A DNA stretch of 64,000 nucleotides, taken from positions 75,777 to 139,776 of IMG/VR virus record IMGVR_UViG_3300008107_000017; one strand, given 5' to 3'. Positions 1-8,236 of this stretch are shown here, in pieces; position 1 is the first letter of the stretch; the number at the start of each line of letters is the position of its first letter. Source of the stretch: a virus. A program made the translations under genes and the position numbers. The notes under the pieces were generated by a model that saw nothing but the letters and a program-made list of their open reading frames with translations, did not search any database and was not told the origin of the DNA.

Positions 1-2
1 AT

Positions 3-326
3 CTTCTTGATAAATTAGGAAGAGAGCTTCTTATCATATCAAATAAGGCAAGATTCATTAAAGATATTATTGAAGGAAAACTTAAGGTAAATAATGTAGC
101 AAAAGATATCATTGTTAAATACCTGGAAGATAACAAATATGATAAGATTGATGGTTCATATACATACCTATTAAGTATGGCAATCTATTCATTAACTAAG
201 GAGAGATTTGAAGAACTACTTAAACAAAAAACAGAAAAGGAATCTGAGGTAGAAGCCATTAAGAAAACTGATCCTAAGGACATGTATATAACTGATCTTG
301 AACAATTGAAAAAATCATTAGGGTAA
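3..326 (+). CDS. Type IIA DNA topoisomerase, C-terminal end (5'-truncated by window)
   Basis: Manual translation from position 3: NKARFIKDII...YTYLLSMAIYSLTKERFEELLKQK...TDPKDMYITDL*, typical of the topo II C-gate region. Confidence 0.8.
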   Translation, partial: LLDKLGRELLIISNKARFIKDIIEGKLKVNNVAKDIIVKYLEDNKYDKIDGSYTYLLSMAIYSLTKERFEELLKQKTEKESEVEAIKKTDPKDMYITDLEQLKKSLG

Positions 327-328
327 TG

Positions 329-354
329 AAACTTATTAAGATACTTCAATATAA
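329..354 (+). promoter_or_regulatory. Class II promoter AAAC-N16-ATATAA (representative of 14 copies)
   Basis: Same motif with AAAC at 329, 1684, 27926, 33670, 37450, 46916, 49142, 53455, 53876, 60460, 63389 (N16); 25860 (N16, GTATAA); 13601 and 17888 (N17); each just upstream of a start codon. Confidence 0.75.
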
Positions 355-365
355 AAAATAAATCC

Positions 366-527
366 ATGAAAACATTTATTATAGTAGGTTCAGGAGTTAA
401 GTGGACGTGTAAGGCAAATACCGAGGAAGAAGCATGGGAATCCTTATCTAAAATTAAAGTATTACCTATCACAGAACTAAAGAAAATGTTTAAAGTATTA
501 AACGGTGATCAATCAAAAAATCAATAA
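366..527 (+). CDS. Small hypothetical protein (53 aa)
   Basis: Manual ORF MKTFIIVGSG...NQ*, below the ORF-track cutoff, downstream of a class II promoter. Confidence 0.6.
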   Translation: MKTFIIVGSGVKWTCKANTEEEAWESLSKIKVLPITELKKMFKVLNGDQSKNQ

Positions 528-528
528 T

Positions 529-756
529 ATGTTAATAGAACAAACCTCGATGACAGACTCATCAATGATTAAAAAAGCAGTTTATAATTTTTCTGCAAAC
601 ACATTAAAAATTGAATTTAATTCAGGTACTATCTATGAATATTCAAATGTTGACTCTCAAACATATGAAGAATTTTGTAGAGCAGAATCTCAAGGAAAAT
701 TCTTTAATGAAAAAATTAAAAACAATTTTCAAAACTCTAAACTTTTATTAGACTAA
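529..756 (+). CDS. KTSC domain protein
   Basis: SSMIKKAVYN...LKIEFNSGTIYEYSNV...AESQGKFFNEKIK pattern. Confidence 0.85.
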   Translation: MLIEQTSMTDSSMIKKAVYNFSANTLKIEFNSGTIYEYSNVDSQTYEEFCRAESQGKFFNEKIKNNFQNSKLLLD

Positions 757-758
757 TT

Positions 759-995
759 ATGGGACCAACTAATGTAATGTATGATGCTCTCAAAGCACAA
801 TTTGAAGCACAAAAACAAAAGGCTCTTGCCACACTTACTATCTACTTAACAAATCCAGTAGGTATCGGTGAACATCCACAGCATATAGATGAAATGATGA
901 CCTTAACAAGATCTCTTGCTGAGGCCAATGATTGCATTCAAACTTTAGAAAATACCTTTGAGGTAAAAAATGCAGCCAATGAAAACGGTAACTGA
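759..995 (+). CDS. Conserved phage hypothetical protein
   Basis: YLTNPVGIGEHP motif; tight gene packing. Confidence 0.7.
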   Translation: MGPTNVMYDALKAQFEAQKQKALATLTIYLTNPVGIGEHPQHIDEMMTLTRSLAEANDCIQTLENTFEVKNAANENGN

Positions 996-1230
996 GATAG
1001 TACAAAGACTTCTTGATGAAAGACATATTACTGCAGAGGAAGCCATAGTACTTTTACAAGCCGAGGTAAATAGAAATCAGCCTTTTTACATACCTAGCCC
1101 TACGCCAACCATTCAACCTTATTCTCCGCCTTATAAACCAGGCGATCTTTGGTATAGTTTTTCATCAACCTCACCAGGCACAACCGTAAACACTCCTATT
1201 GCAGGTTCAAAATCAGAAGATAATGAATAA
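979..1230 (+). CDS. Hypothetical protein, Pro-rich C-terminus
   Basis: ORF tiling with overlaps to both neighbours. Confidence 0.55.
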   Translation: MKTVTEIVQRLLDERHITAEEAIVLLQAEVNRNQPFYIPSPTPTIQPYSPPYKPGDLWYSFSSTSPGTTVNTPIAGSKSEDNE

Positions 1231-1702
1231 AGTAATCCTAGTAGGTAAAGCCGCTGCAGGTAAAGATCACATGAGAAAGGTAATGGAAGGCCGTGGATTT
1301 ATCTACGGTATTTCTTATACCACTCGACCACCGAGAGAAGGTGAGATTGACGGCCAAGATTATTACTTTATGTCAAAAGAACAATTTGATGATGGTATTA
1401 AGAATAACTTTTGGTATGAATGGGTTGAATTTAATGGTTGGTATTATGGAACAAGTTATAAACAGTTCAAGGAACAGTGTAACTTATTTATAATGACACC
1501 TAAAGGCATTTCTCATATCAATCCAATTGATCGTAAAGAATGTACAATCATTTATCTCAATATGCCAATTGAAGTAAGACGCCAAAGACTTATTAGCCGC
1601 AATATGCCAGGTGATACATTGGAACGTAGAATTCAGGCAGATGAAAATGACTTTGCTAATTTTACAGATTTTGACATTGAGATAAACAATCATAACTTCT
1701 AA
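1223..1702 (+). CDS. gmk: Guanylate kinase-like NMP kinase
   Basis: P-loop GKAAAGKD; SYTTRPPREGEIDGQDYYF; YYGT. Confidence 0.85.
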   Translation: MNKVILVGKAAAGKDHMRKVMEGRGFIYGISYTTRPPREGEIDGQDYYFMSKEQFDDGIKNNFWYEWVEFNGWYYGTSYKQFKEQCNLFIMTPKGISHINPIDRKECTIIYLNMPIEVRRQRLISRNMPGDTLERRIQADENDFANFTDFDIEINNHNF

Positions 1703-1716
1703 CATATAAAAATAAA

Positions 1717-2316
1717 ATGAGTAAGTTCATTATCATTGAAGGCACCGATAATACCGGTAAAGATACACAGCAAAATCTTATTATTAAGAATCTTAAAGAT
1801 ACTGTCTTTCATAAGATTCATTATTCGTCTTTACCCTTTAAAGATGATATTGAAATGCATACTTCATATTCAAAGAAAATGTATGAAGACATGTTTAAGA
1901 TGATGGTTCTCTGTAAAGATCAAGATATTAATATCATCTTTAATCGTTCTCATTTAGGTGAAAGTATTTACTCTCCACTTTACCGTGGATATTCCGGTGA
2001 TTATGTTTTTGATATTGAAAAAGGTTTTGTAAATACATTAAGAGAAAATCTTTATCTTATTACGTTAACAAATGACCCTCATACCATTTGGAGCAGAGAT
2101 GATGGAAAATCATTTTATAAAAATGAAGAAGGTATTAAAGCCGAGGTTGATGGATTCCAACGTGCTCATCGTTTGAGTAAGATTAAAAATAAACTTCTTC
2201 TTAATGTAGGTACTATGGGTGCCGATGAAGTCTCCAAAATTATTATTGAGTTTTTATCCCATGAAAATACAATAACCGGAGATCCTAAACAATTATCTAT
2301 GTTTAGTCATGAGTAA
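1717..2316 (+). CDS. Thymidylate/dNMP kinase-like P-loop protein
   Basis: IIIEGTDNTGKDT P-loop; IFNRSHLGESIY resembles the DR motif. Confidence 0.75.
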   Translation: MSKFIIIEGTDNTGKDTQQNLIIKNLKDTVFHKIHYSSLPFKDDIEMHTSYSKKMYEDMFKMMVLCKDQDINIIFNRSHLGESIYSPLYRGYSGDYVFDIEKGFVNTLRENLYLITLTNDPHTIWSRDDGKSFYKNEEGIKAEVDGFQRAHRLSKIKNKLLLNVGTMGADEVSKIIIEFLSHENTITGDPKQLSMFSHE

Positions 2317-2497
2317 GTGGAGAGAAGAACGCATGTATGAGATAATGAATCATCTCTGGGATAATCCTAAGTTGATGGAATTATATGAACTCGAAATGAA
2401 AAAGGCACAAGCCGAAAAATACGTAGAAGAGTTCTTTCCTAAAATGGAAAAATGTTACGAAAAAGCTTTAAAAGAATATGAGAATTTACAAAGGTGA
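2309..2497 (+). CDS. Hypothetical protein
   Basis: ORF overlapping both neighbours. Confidence 0.6.
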   Translation: MSKWREERMYEIMNHLWDNPKLMELYELEMKKAQAEKYVEEFFPKMEKCYEKALKEYENLQR

Positions 2498-3359
2498 AAC
2501 ATTTGCTGATGTGTATCAAACTGCACTAACTGATGTACTCCAAAATCCTGAATATGTTACCTCTCCAAGAGGTATGAAAATTAATGAAGTTACTAATGCT
2601 GCGTTAGTTATCGAAGATCCTACATTTCCTCTTTATGAAAATAATAGAAGGAGTAGTCAATTCAAATATATTGCAGCCGAATTAGTTTGGTACTTTACTG
2701 GCCGTAGAGATACTAATTTTATTTCAAAATTTGCAAAGTTCTGGGAACAAATTGATAACGGAAACGGTACGGTAAATTCTGCTTACGGTAATCTTATCTT
2801 TACGGATAAGAATCCTCATGGTATTAATCAGTACCAATGGGCATTACAGTCTTTAATTGAAGATAAAGATTCTCGTCAAGCTATTCTTCATTTTAATATG
2901 CCTTCACATCAGTGGAAAGGTAATAAAGATTTTGTATGTACTCTTACAGGCGTATTTCAAATTCGTGATAATCATCTTAACTTTACCATTGATATGAGAT
3001 CAAACGATCTTATTCTAGGTACACCGACTGACATTGCATTTTTCTGTCTTCTTCAACAGCAGATGTATGAGCATCTTAAAAAGTATTACCCAGATCTAGA
3101 ATTAGGTACATATACACATATTGTACATTCTCTTCATATTTATGAAAGGCACTTTGGCTTAATAGATGAAATGTTAGATCATTCTTTTGAACCAATGAGT
3201 TTTCCAGAGATAAGAGAATTCTTAATCGATCCTAATGGTAATCCTTTAGAAGGTATTAAAGAAATTGAATCTGAAATAGAATCAGATTCCGAGGTTATAA
3301 GAGTTAAAGATGATCCTTTACATGTGTGGATATCCGATGCGGTTTTCATGGATATATAA
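2478..3359 (+). CDS. Thymidylate-synthase-fold enzyme, probable dCMP hydroxymethylase/modifier (T4 gp42-like)
   Basis: DFVCT catalytic Cys; MRSNDLILGTPTD has Asp where ThyA has Asn; SLHIYERH. Confidence 0.8.
   Translation: MRIYKGETFADVYQTALTDVLQNPEYVTSPRGMKINEVTNAALVIEDPTFPLYENNRRSSQFKYIAAELVWYFTGRRDTNFISKFAKFWEQIDNGNGTVNSAYGNLIFTDKNPHGINQYQWALQSLIEDKDSRQAILHFNMPSHQWKGNKDFVCTLTGVFQIRDNHLNFTIDMRSNDLILGTPTDIAFFCLLQQQMYEHLKKYYPDLELGTYTHIVHSLHIYERHFGLIDEMLDHSFEPMSFPEIREFLIDPNGNPLEGIKEIESEIESDSEVIRVKDDPLHVWISDAVFMDI
3351..3358 (+). promoter_or_regulatory. Putative late promoter RATAWATA (representative)
   Basis: GATATATA/AATATATA/AATAAATA/GATAAATA also near 6773, 10587, 13932, 19023, 20761, 43501, 45578, 52773; resembles the T4 late TATAAATA. 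Confidence 0.5.
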
Positions 3360-3376
3360 TAAAATCATCTATAACA

Positions 3377-4327
3377 ATGAAGTATGTCAAACTTTTTGAA
3401 GAGTTCTTAAATGAAGCCGTTGAAGATAACGGATTAAAGAAAGTATATTTAGCCACCCGCCGAGATAGTGGACAGAGATGGTGGTCTTATAAAGGTTTTG
3501 CCGGTGATAAGTTTTTTATTCAGGTTACCGAAAATAATATTGATAAGTTAGACATTAATCCTGAGTACCCTGTACTTAATTATCATAGTACTATAGTTGA
3601 TGAATTACTAAAAAGAAAATTGATTAAAGAGGAAAACATCTATAATCATCCTAAGTATATTCCACTATCTGGATCAAAGAAAGAGTTTCATAAACTTGTA
3701 GGTGAAGATGAAAATGTACCTAAGACCGTTTACTCAAAAAACGAGGCTTTAGAGAAATTAAACTTTCCTATCATTGCAAAGCCTGCAAATGGTCATAGCG
3801 GTATTGGAATTCAGGTTATTAAGAAGCCTGAATTAATGGAAGAACTTGATGAAAAGATATTTGACACTTTTTCTGAATATGTAGATAAGGTAGAGGAAAT
3901 GAGATTCTTTAACTTTAAAGGTCAACCTATTTTTTGGATGGAAAGAACACCTGCAAACAGTAAGGCAAAATCTGGTGATGGTAAGACCGATGAGGAAATG
4001 GAATTTAATTATGCTAAGAGAAATGTTGATAATATTCCAGAAGACTATAAAAAGGTTTTAGAAAAATACTGCAAAATATTTGAAAAGTTTCCTTACATCT
4101 GTTTTGATATGATGAAGGATAAAGAAGGTAAGATCTATGTTATTGAGTCAAATGCCCAGCCCGGTGTACCTTTCGATAGCACAGTTGAAATCTATAAGAA
4201 AGTATATGAAGACTTCTATGGTAAACCCCTAGATGAAAAATCTCTTCAAAAACTAGACGAATACTCAAAGGAAATGATTGAAAGAACACTGGAACGCGAT
4301 AAGAAAAGATTTTCTGTAAAAAAGTAG
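3377..4327 (+). CDS. ATP-grasp (RimK-like) ligase with capsid-targeting-like leader
   Basis: Leader MKYVKLFEEFLNE; VPKT...FPIIAKPANGHSGIGI...FDMM...YVIESNAQPG. Confidence 0.75.
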   Translation: MKYVKLFEEFLNEAVEDNGLKKVYLATRRDSGQRWWSYKGFAGDKFFIQVTENNIDKLDINPEYPVLNYHSTIVDELLKRKLIKEENIYNHPKYIPLSGSKKEFHKLVGEDENVPKTVYSKNEALEKLNFPIIAKPANGHSGIGIQVIKKPELMEELDEKIFDTFSEYVDKVEEMRFFNFKGQPIFWMERTPANSKAKSGDGKTDEEMEFNYAKRNVDNIPEDYKKVLEKYCKIFEKFPYICFDMMKDKEGKIYVIESNAQPGVPFDSTVEIYKKVYEDFYGKPLDEKSLQKLDEYSKEMIERTLERDKKRFSVKK

Positions 4328-4346
4328 AAAAAAGTCTACGAAAAAT

Positions 4347-4377
4347 TTTCAAATCTCGTTTTTTTGTTTTATATTTG
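4347..4377 (+). promoter_or_regulatory. Class I (host sigma-A-like, Bacteroidota-type) promoter TTTC-N19-TATATTTG
   Basis: Exact TAnnTTTG -7 box; same 19-nt spacing with TTTC at 36070, 42869, 55359, 58400, 63903 and within the repeated cassettes, where the -7 box is mostly TAWATTTA. Confidence 0.65.
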
Positions 4378-4414
4378 TACTGATGGTATTTTTATACTGT
4401 CTTAAAACAATGAT

Positions 4415-4960
4415 ATGTCTGAAGAACAATTAAGAGAAATCTCTGATTTTTACATTACATCGGATACGTGGTTTGGAAGGCCACAAATCCTTGATATTGC
4501 AAGGCGTACCCAGTTTTCAAGTATTGATGATATGAATGATCAATTCATCAAAAACTGGAATAAGCAGGTCAAATCATCTGACCTCGTTTTTCACTTAGGT
4601 AATTTTGCGTGGGATCCACATACCGCAAGAACTGTTTTGAAAAAGCTTAAAGGCAAAATCTTTTTCATGATTGGAAATTCTGATGAATCTCTACTGGAAG
4701 TAGCCGATGAGTTTGAAAACGTTGAGGTTCTTGATCAACAAATTATTGAACTTCCTCAATTTGATTCTATTCTCTGTCACTATCCGTTGGAAGTATGGAA
4801 TGGAAAATCATCAGGGACTATTCATTTTCATGGACATACCGTCTTTTCACATAAGACAGATCTAAGATCATCCAATCGTGTAAACGTTTGCATTGATTTT
4901 TGGAATTATTCACCAATTAAATTTTCGGCAATTAAAGAATTTACAAATGGCAAAATCTAA
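4415..4960 (+). CDS. Calcineurin-like metallophosphoesterase, degenerate active site
   Basis: ITSDTW, HLGNF, GNSD, CHYP, HGH align to the DxH, GD, GNHD, H and GHxH motifs with substitutions. Confidence 0.7.
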   Translation: MSEEQLREISDFYITSDTWFGRPQILDIARRTQFSSIDDMNDQFIKNWNKQVKSSDLVFHLGNFAWDPHTARTVLKKLKGKIFFMIGNSDESLLEVADEFENVEVLDQQIIELPQFDSILCHYPLEVWNGKSSGTIHFHGHTVFSHKTDLRSSNRVNVCIDFWNYSPIKFSAIKEFTNGKI

Positions 4961-5573
4961 AACCTACAAAGAACTGGCAATTGAGTTTAAGAAAACTCGC
5001 TCAGAAAGAATTTACAATGAACTTTACAAAAAGATGAGACCAGGATTATGGTCTTATGTAAATAACATCGTAAGAGATCCGGCGGTGGCTGATGATATTG
5101 TATCAACCACATTAACAAATGTTTACTTAAAGATTGATCAATATGATGAATCTTACCAAATAACTACATGGGCCTATCGTATTGCATATAATGAATGCAT
5201 TGGATGGATTAGGTTCCGCAATAAAAAGATAAGTATTAATGTATTTACCGATGCAGGTGTTGAACCTCCGGCAAGAGATGGTTTCCTTGAACCAGAAATG
5301 CATGTAAAAACCGAGGATGATTTCTGGGCAGAGGAAGATATCTTAACCGAACAGGTAAGACTAACTAAAGAAGCGATTAATGCATTACCTCCAATGTATA
5401 AGAGATACATGATAGAGAGATTCCTTAATCATAAATCATATAACGATATTCTTGATATCATGGTAGAACATGAAAAAGATATCAATCTACAGACGGTAAA
5501 GAATCGCATTTTCCGAGGTAGAAAAATAATTCAGAAACAGTTAGAGAAAATGAAACTCTTTTCTGAAGCATAA
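4947..5573 (+). CDS. RNA polymerase sigma factor, ECF-type
   Basis: Region 2 DDIVSTTLTNVYLKIDQYD...TTWAYRIAYN; region 4 AINALPP...TVKNRIFRGRK; about 208 aa. Confidence 0.85.
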   Translation: MAKSKTYKELAIEFKKTRSERIYNELYKKMRPGLWSYVNNIVRDPAVADDIVSTTLTNVYLKIDQYDESYQITTWAYRIAYNECIGWIRFRNKKISINVFTDAGVEPPARDGFLEPEMHVKTEDDFWAEEDILTEQVRLTKEAINALPPMYKRYMIERFLNHKSYNDILDIMVEHEKDINLQTVKNRIFRGRKIIQKQLEKMKLFSEA

Positions 5574-5592
5574 ATAGATAAAATAAAGAACT

Positions 5593-6033
5593 ATGTATAT
5601 TTTTAATCTCATCAATGAAATAAACATCTGGCGAAAGGTAAGAGCTATTGCATTGGAAAATGAGGGGCTCCTAAAAGAAAATGGCTTTAGGGTAGATTGG
5701 GTCGGTAGAATTTATACCGTTATTAATCTGCCTGAAGAAGTGGTTAATCAACCATTTTCCAGAGAAGGTTATGTACTTATGAAACTTCGTGAATATGACT
5801 CGATGTTTCTTAATATGGGAATAGCCGATGCTATTGCACCAGAACTAGTTGATTTACAAGATGCTGAAGCATATCTTTTAATCCTATCACCCGATAGAGA
5901 CTATATTAAGCTTTGGCCATTTCTTATATCATTATTTAAGACAGGCGGACTTTTCTTATTATTAAGATTAGTATATCTTTTACTTTCCAGTTATTGGGGC
6001 AGCATTACTTCTGCCTTTAATTGGTTATTCTAA
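5593..6033 (+). CDS. Hypothetical protein with C-terminal TM segment
   Basis: Hydrophobic C-terminus. Confidence 0.65.
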   Translation: MYIFNLINEINIWRKVRAIALENEGLLKENGFRVDWVGRIYTVINLPEEVVNQPFSREGYVLMKLREYDSMFLNMGIADAIAPELVDLQDAEAYLLILSPDRDYIKLWPFLISLFKTGGLFLLLRLVYLLLSSYWGSITSAFNWLF

Positions 6034-6037
6034 AAAC

Positions 6038-6781
6038 ATGGCAACAAAAGAATCTCTTTTACAGACCGAGACAATAAATGGAAAACGATACTATGTTATA
6101 GGTGAACATAAGTACCCATCAGTTACAACCATCTTAGGATCAATGACAGATTCATCTGGACTTGATAAGTGGAGAAAAAACATTGGTGAAGCCGAGGCAG
6201 ATAAGATCTCTAAGTTTTCTGCTAATCGTGGTACAATCATGCATCAAATGATTGAATATTATTTAGGTTCAGAAAAAGAAACTCAAAAAGAAAGGCTTAG
6301 AGAAGCACAGGAAAAAATCATTACTTTTGTTGAAGCAGAAGGTTTTACTGAAGATGAATTAGAGGTTGGCAGAAAATTATTCTATAGTTTTTATAATAAT
6401 GATCTCTTCAGTAAGATTGGTAAGGTTATAAGTATCGAGGAGACGATCTACTCCCACCAGATGGGAGGGTATGCAGGTAGAGTAGATAATATTTACGAGA
6501 ATGTTTTATCTCATCTACTCATTCTAGACTTTAAGACATCTCGTAAGAGAAAGAAAAAAGAATGGATAGAAAACTATTTTATGCAGATTGCTGCATATTT
6601 TCTAGCATATTGGGAAATGACCGGTAAAAAACCGGACGGTGGAGAAATCTGGATAGGTGTAGAAAATGATGAGCCTCAGGTTTTTGAACTTACCTGGGAT
6701 GATATTCAAGAATATGGTAAGAAATTCTTATCCCTAGTAAAGGAGTATCATAAACTCAATCCATTACCTCAGAATATATAA
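6038..6781 (+). CDS. PD-(D/E)XK exonuclease (Cas4/MGME1-like phage family)
   Basis: YPSVTTIL, RGTIMH, YAGRVD, LDFKTS, QIAAY. Confidence 0.85.
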   Translation: MATKESLLQTETINGKRYYVIGEHKYPSVTTILGSMTDSSGLDKWRKNIGEAEADKISKFSANRGTIMHQMIEYYLGSEKETQKERLREAQEKIITFVEAEGFTEDELEVGRKLFYSFYNNDLFSKIGKVISIEETIYSHQMGGYAGRVDNIYENVLSHLLILDFKTSRKRKKKEWIENYFMQIAAYFLAYWEMTGKKPDGGEIWIGVENDEPQVFELTWDDIQEYGKKFLSLVKEYHKLNPLPQNI

Positions 6782-6797
6782 AAAAACAAAATAATGA

Positions 6798-7631
6798 ATG
6801 AAACACATACAAACATTCGAGAGCTTCTTAAATGAAAGCATATTAAATGAAGCAGTGTCTGGAGGACCATACTTCCTTCAGATCAATTTGAGACAACAAT
6901 ACGGAGGAGGCCACAGCCTGGAAGCTGCAGTAGCTCCTTCGGATAAACAAGATTTTGCCGACATTCGCGACAAAGACAGCTTCTTGAGATCTCCCGAAAT
7001 AGACAAAGCAATTCGGAATTTGACTAACTGGAAACGCGGAGATAAGAGCGGAAAGATTGACGCGTCTTTCCTCAAAGAGTTCGAAAGGGCAATGGAAGGT
7101 ATAGGGTTCAAGCTTGTTAAGTTTAGATACTCTCATCCTCTTGTAATGCAAGTATCAAATGAATCTGAAGCAGTTGCAGCAATCAACAAGACAATTGCAT
7201 TGCTAGATAAACTTTACGATTCTTACACACCTGAACTGATACCTGTACAACCAGGTCCTGCTTCTTCTGTAAGAGCTTTTGCTGACCGACTTGTGAATGA
7301 TTATGTAAGTGGGAGAGGTGATGTTGTAAGAGAACTTGCAAGTTTTATTGAATCTGTGGTTGGTGCCAAGGTTACTAAATACCTTAAGCACGGACCCGAT
7401 GACAACACTGCAATTGACGCTGTTAGAGACCAATACAGAAAAGAGAGCCCTGTAAAGGAAGAAACTTGGGGAGTATTGAAAGCATGCGCATATAAAGACG
7501 GTGTGGTAATTGTGTGGATCGAAGATCCTGCTAAAACATCTACTCCAGAATACAACACAGACTATTCAGCCAAAAATCTTAAATATGGTGGTGTAGAACC
7601 TGGAGATGCCGCATTGGTAGTAAAAAAGTAA
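6798..7631 (+). CDS. Putative capsid-internal protein
   Basis: Leader MKHIQTFESFLNESILNE; late-type motif upstream. Confidence 0.6.
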   Translation: MKHIQTFESFLNESILNEAVSGGPYFLQINLRQQYGGGHSLEAAVAPSDKQDFADIRDKDSFLRSPEIDKAIRNLTNWKRGDKSGKIDASFLKEFERAMEGIGFKLVKFRYSHPLVMQVSNESEAVAAINKTIALLDKLYDSYTPELIPVQPGPASSVRAFADRLVNDYVSGRGDVVRELASFIESVVGAKVTKYLKHGPDDNTAIDAVRDQYRKESPVKEETWGVLKACAYKDGVVIVWIEDPAKTSTPEYNTDYSAKNLKYGGVEPGDAALVVKK

Positions 7632-7638
7632 ACGTAAT

Positions 7639-7944
7639 ATGAAACATATTCAGACATTCGAGACTTTTTTTGCTAGATTTCTATCTGAGGAATTAGACCA
7701 AACTAGACATAAGGCAGCTAAGCATATTGAGGACATTGAAACTGATAATGAATCAGATAAAAAGACCGAAAAGGATGCACAAGATTACTTAGACGATAAA
7801 TCTGATTATTGCCCACGATGCAGTGAACATAAAGACGATTGTCAATGTCAGGAAGATGATCCTTGGTCAACTCAAAATTACCATAGAGTACCTCCAGGTA
7901 AAAAAGAGAAGAGTAAAGCAAAACAAGAATTCAAAACAAAGTAA
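7639..7944 (+). CDS. Putative capsid-internal protein with CxxC cluster
   Basis: Leader MKHIQTFETFFARFLSE; CPRC...CQC. Confidence 0.6.
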   Translation: MKHIQTFETFFARFLSEELDQTRHKAAKHIEDIETDNESDKKTEKDAQDYLDDKSDYCPRCSEHKDDCQCQEDDPWSTQNYHRVPPGKKEKSKAKQEFKTK

Positions 7945-7948
7945 AGAT

Positions 7949-8236
7949 ATGGAAAAGATTAATTTATTTTTTGCAAAAAATGGATCAAAAGTTATCACAG
8001 TTCTTTTGATTCTTTTGTACTTTAAATCATGCGGAGTTGATAGCGAATTAGAGAGACTTAAAAAGGAATCTAAAGCAAACACTGAATTGATTAATAAGCT
8101 TCCCTCTGCGGCTGATGTAAAGATTGAAGGCTTAAATGCAGAGAAAAGAATGATCCAAGCAACAGATCGTAAGATGTTGGATGTACAGCGTCAAAACGAA
8201 ATTGAAAAAGAGATCAAAATATTACAAGGTAAATAA
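7949..8236 (+). CDS. Membrane-anchored coiled-coil protein (possible lipoprotein/spanin-like)
   Basis: N-terminal hydrophobic stretch ending FKSC, then a coiled coil. Confidence 0.45.
   Translation: MEKINLFFAKNGSKVITVLLILLYFKSCGVDSELERLKKESKANTELINKLPSAADVKIEGLNAEKRMIQATDRKMLDVQRQNEIEKEIKILQGK

Noticed and set aside
6038-6781. Cas4 as part of a CRISPR system
   Set aside because: Stand-alone PD-(D/E)XK nuclease without the Fe-S cysteines; no array or other cas genes
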